Sequence record: MW082584.1
Source: Serratia phage 4S
Reading direction: 5' to 3' (one strand)
Length of the DNA stretch: 24,000 bases
The notes below the pieces were generated by a model. The model had not been told where the DNA came from, ran no database searches, and was given only the letters and a program-made list of their open reading frames with translations. The position numbers were made by a program, and so were the translations under genes. This document shows positions 21,625 to 24,000 of this stretch, piece by piece. Numbering within the stretch: the first letter of the stretch is position 1; every line of letters starts with the position of its first letter.

Positions 21625-22269
21625 ATGATTAACGCACTGACTTTCAGCATGACCGATCGTGTTAAAGCTAAAGAAACTGTAGGTTGGGGAGATCACACCT
21701 ACATGACTGTTGAACAAGCTCACAAAATCATGGCTGAGTTGTTCGCTAAGCATAATATGCAAGGTTGGAAGTTTGAGATCATCAGCAGTCGTTCTAAACG
21801 TAACATTGCAATGTGCTGGCATGGCCGTAAGTTAATCACTTTCCAAGATCGGTACTTCTTCGCAATGACCTGGAACCAAGTAATGGATACTTTGCTTCAT
21901 GAACTGGCTCATGGGATCGCTGGATACTCAGCTGGTCATGGTCCAGAATGGCGTAAAGTGTGCATGGAATTAGGTTGTACTCCACGTGCAATGACTAACT
22001 TACGTGCTGACCCAGGTTTTCGTCAGGACTGGATTATCCCAGTTGGTACAAAGTACACTGAACTCCAAAACACAGACGGTGAGTTCAAGCCTAAACCTAA
22101 ACGCGAACATAAACCAACTAAAGCCGCTGTAAAGGTCTGGAATGATGTTCAGGCACGGTTTGGTTTAGTTAGCGTGTTTGGCTTCTGTCAAGAATTCGAA
22201 AACCAAACCGGCAAGAACTGGGGTTACGGCGAAGTTCAATACAAACTCTGCAAAAAATTCTACGGTTAA
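21625..22269 (+). CDS. SprT-like zinc metalloprotease family protein (214 aa)
   Basis: MDTLLHELAHGIAGYSAGHGPEWRKVCMELGCTPRA: HExxH plus downstream GHGPEW, typical of SprT-like/WLM proteins. ATG 21625 has GGAG upstream. Confidence 0.85.
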   Translation: MINALTFSMTDRVKAKETVGWGDHTYMTVEQAHKIMAELFAKHNMQGWKFEIISSRSKRNIAMCWHGRKLITFQDRYFFAMTWNQVMDTLLHELAHGIAGYSAGHGPEWRKVCMELGCTPRAMTNLRADPGFRQDWIIPVGTKYTELQNTDGEFKPKPKREHKPTKAAVKVWNDVQARFGLVSVFGFCQEFENQTGKNWGYGEVQYKLCKKFYG

Positions 22270-22278
22270 GGAGATAAC

Positions 22279-22485
22279 ATGGCTCGTTTAGTAATGACTC
22301 GTCACAACGCAGGTCGAACTGTTGCAGGACCAGTAGATCTAATAGTTGAACAGGATGCCGACGGCACATACAGAGTGTATACGATCCTTAATCTTGAAGA
22401 CGGACGTGAGATAAAAAGAGAAGCACACTCCACCAACGACCAATGGGAAGCCGAAAGCTTTGTATCGGTTTATAGCATAAGTTAA
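22279..22485 (+). CDS. Hypothetical protein (68 aa)
   Basis: TAAGGAGATAAC-ATG; MARLVMTRHNAGRTVAGPVDLIVEQDADGTYRVYTILNLEDGREIKREAHSTND. Confidence 0.8.
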   Translation: MARLVMTRHNAGRTVAGPVDLIVEQDADGTYRVYTILNLEDGREIKREAHSTNDQWEAESFVSVYSIS

Positions 22486-22510
22486 TGCTTTTATTGCACT
22501 TTTTTAAATT
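22486..22510 (+). promoter_or_regulatory. Possible MotA-dependent promoter upstream of motA (TGCTTTT-N12-TAAATT)
   Basis: TGCTTTT 22486-22492 (same box as at 11107), 12-nt spacer, imperfect -10 TAAATT 22505-22510. Confidence 0.4.
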
Positions 22511-22524
22511 GTGAAAAAGTGCAA
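22494..22524 (+). repeat. Perfect 11-bp inverted repeat TTGCACTTTTT / AAAAAGTGCAA, 9-nt loop
   Basis: Left arm 22494-22504, right arm 22514-22524. Confidence 0.9.
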
Positions 22525-22533
22525 AATAAAGTG

Positions 22534-22562
22534 TTTACAACAGCATCTAAACAGGTTACTAT
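22534..22562 (+). promoter_or_regulatory. Sigma70/early-type promoter TTTACA-N17-TACTAT upstream of motA
   Basis: TTTACA 22534-22539, TACTAT 22557-22562. Confidence 0.8.
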
Positions 22563-22615
22563 AGACCTATCAGCTAAAGAGCTGAAAACCAAAAACTTAA
22601 ATTGAGGATTAAATC

Positions 22616-23248
22616 ATGAACAAAGTAACTTTCGTAATCACCGCTTCTAACAACACCCTGAACGAAAAAACTGCAGCAATCCTGATTGAAGTAGCTAAGA
22701 AAAACTTCATCACTTCTGCTCAGATTCGTGAAAACCTGGTCGATATGAATGCTTCTTCAGTTAACTCTAACATCGGTGTTCTTCTGAAGAAAGGTCTGGT
22801 TGAAAAATCTGACGGTGGTTTGATCCTGACAGGTGACGCAATGGATATCATCATGTCTGCTGCTGATCTGATGAAAGTCGAAAAAGAAAAAGATCAACCT
22901 AAAAAAGAACGTAAAGTTAAGCAGCCTAAAGGTGCAACTCCAGAAATGGAAGCACAAGGTAAAGAAATTGCTGCTTATCTCGATACTCTGGATATTGAAG
23001 TTAAAGAAACGGTAATCAACCGCTCTAACGTTGAAGTTCGTCTGGCTAAACGTAAGCATGGTGTTCGTCAAATCGAAGTACGTCGTGACGGTAACTTCCG
23101 TATCTTCGCTTACAACATCAATGCTGAAATCCTGGCTCAGTACGAAGCAATGGGTGCTAAAGTTAAGGTTTCTGGTAAAAACTCTTATGTGGATCTGGCA
23201 ATCGCATCCACTGACTTGAACGCAATCTGCAACGTGATTGGTGCATAA
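22616..23248 (+). CDS. motA: MotA middle-promoter transcription activator
   Basis: MNKVTFVITASNNTLNEKTAAILIEVAKKNFITSAQIRENLVDMNASSVNSNIGVLLKKGLVEKSDGGLILTGDAMDIIMSAADL matches the T4 MotA N-terminal winged helix; C-terminal NVEVRLAKRKHGVRQIEVRRDGNFRIFAYNINAEIL fits the DNA-binding domain. Confidence 0.93.
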   Translation: MNKVTFVITASNNTLNEKTAAILIEVAKKNFITSAQIRENLVDMNASSVNSNIGVLLKKGLVEKSDGGLILTGDAMDIIMSAADLMKVEKEKDQPKKERKVKQPKGATPEMEAQGKEIAAYLDTLDIEVKETVINRSNVEVRLAKRKHGVRQIEVRRDGNFRIFAYNINAEILAQYEAMGAKVKVSGKNSYVDLAIASTDLNAICNVIGA

Positions 23249-23550
23249 TGAAAAAGGTAATCGAACTTCTGACGGACCAGTTGGTCCGTCGTAATGTAAC
23301 CGAAGATGGTCAACGTGTTGATGAGTACGATGTGTGGTATCAAGGTGCTTATCTTGGAACTATTGAAAAGCATGGACTAATCTACCACACTGATATTTTA
23401 GTTGACTTGCCTGGTCACATGAGTCTCCAAGCAGCTCTACTGGAATACGAACAACTGGCACTAGAATCTAATGGTCTTGAAGCCGTTGTGTTCGTACCAG
23501 AAGAACTCCCAGAACATACCATCATCAACTTCTTTAAGGGTACAAAATGA
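23248..23550 (+). CDS. Hypothetical protein (100 aa)
   Basis: ATG at the motA stop overlap; MKKVIELLTDQLVRRNVTEDGQRVDEYDVWYQGAYLGTIEKHG. Confidence 0.8.
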   Translation: MKKVIELLTDQLVRRNVTEDGQRVDEYDVWYQGAYLGTIEKHGLIYHTDILVDLPGHMSLQAALLEYEQLALESNGLEAVVFVPEELPEHTIINFFKGTK

Positions 23551-23954
23551 AATATTATCGTTTAGTCCGAGTTGGTCCTTTCAGAAATGAGCATTGCAAT
23601 AATGGCAATATTGCTCGATTTATCGGCGCGACCGGTCTTATTATGACAGTATCTGAAAATGCAGGTGAAGCCGGCGGTATTTCTAGCTTTAAAAATATTA
23701 AAGGCGAGATGATGGCTAACATCATCTCTAGAGTTGAACTTAAAAATTTCTTTATCGAAGTCCCTGAAGAAATTTTCAAAGATGCATCCTGGCGTGCAGC
23801 ACTGCCAAGCGGCCATTTTGCAGGTTCTCGAGCCGTGACTCAAAACAAATCTTTGAGTACTGTTAAAGAGCTCAAAGAACTTACTTTTAATACGACTATC
23901 ACTAAAGACAACTACAAACAAGCAATTGCTGAAATTGAGAAGGCGTTCAAATGA
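23547..23954 (+). CDS. Hypothetical protein (135 aa)
   Basis: ATGA overlap; MKYYRLVRVGPFRNEHCNNGNIARFIGATGLIMTVSENAGEAGG. Confidence 0.8.
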   Translation: MKYYRLVRVGPFRNEHCNNGNIARFIGATGLIMTVSENAGEAGGISSFKNIKGEMMANIISRVELKNFFIEVPEEIFKDASWRAALPSGHFAGSRAVTQNKSLSTVKELKELTFNTTITKDNYKQAIAEIEKAFK

Positions 23955-24000
23955 TTACTATACGTGTCAAATTTAAAGAAAATGCTACCCCAGGGTTTAT
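23951..24000 (+). CDS. Start of a further CDS, truncated by window edge
   Basis: ATGA overlap with the preceding stop; MITIRVKFKENATPGF open to the window end. Confidence 0.65.
   Translation, partial: MITIRVKFKENATPGF

Noticed and set aside
1-24000. CRISPR arrays, tRNA genes, transposons
   Set aside because: No regularly spaced direct repeats, cloverleaf-like segments, transposase ORFs or terminal repeats were recognised by eye.

Overview
This 24-kb window is an early/middle (DNA replication and takeover) region of a T4-like myovirus. All supported genes are on the + strand and packed head-to-tail, often with ATGA/TTGA overlaps. Recognised from the translated sequence: replicative helicase gp41, primase gp61, dCTPase/dUTPase gp56, a ModB-like ADP-ribosyltransferase, an HNH-like protein, Dda helicase, DexA exonuclease, an FmdB-like zinc ribbon, a MazG-like protein, a small lipoprotein, a fused gp39/gp60 topoisomerase subunit, rIIA (TTG start), rIIB, topoisomerase subunit gp52, a SprT-like metalloprotease and the middle-transcription activator MotA. 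About 20 small ORFs have no recognised function. The regulatory layer is the most informative non-coding content. There is a family of TTTACA-N17-TACTAT promoters. Three of these are fused to UUCG-hairpin terminators whose stems covary. MotA-box middle promoters with 12-nt spacers lie upstream of rIIA, rIIB, gene 39 and possibly motA, and two of them sit inside perfect inverted repeats. I found no convincing evidence for a wholly new multi-gene system. The best candidates for new biology are a predicted PD-(D/E)XK-like protein downstream of rIIB, a ModB homologue with an altered central ADP-ribosyltransferase motif, the hairpin-embedded middle promoters, and a Ser-rich ORF tail that overlaps the next gene. 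Homology statements rest on my recall of T4 family proteins, not on a database search.
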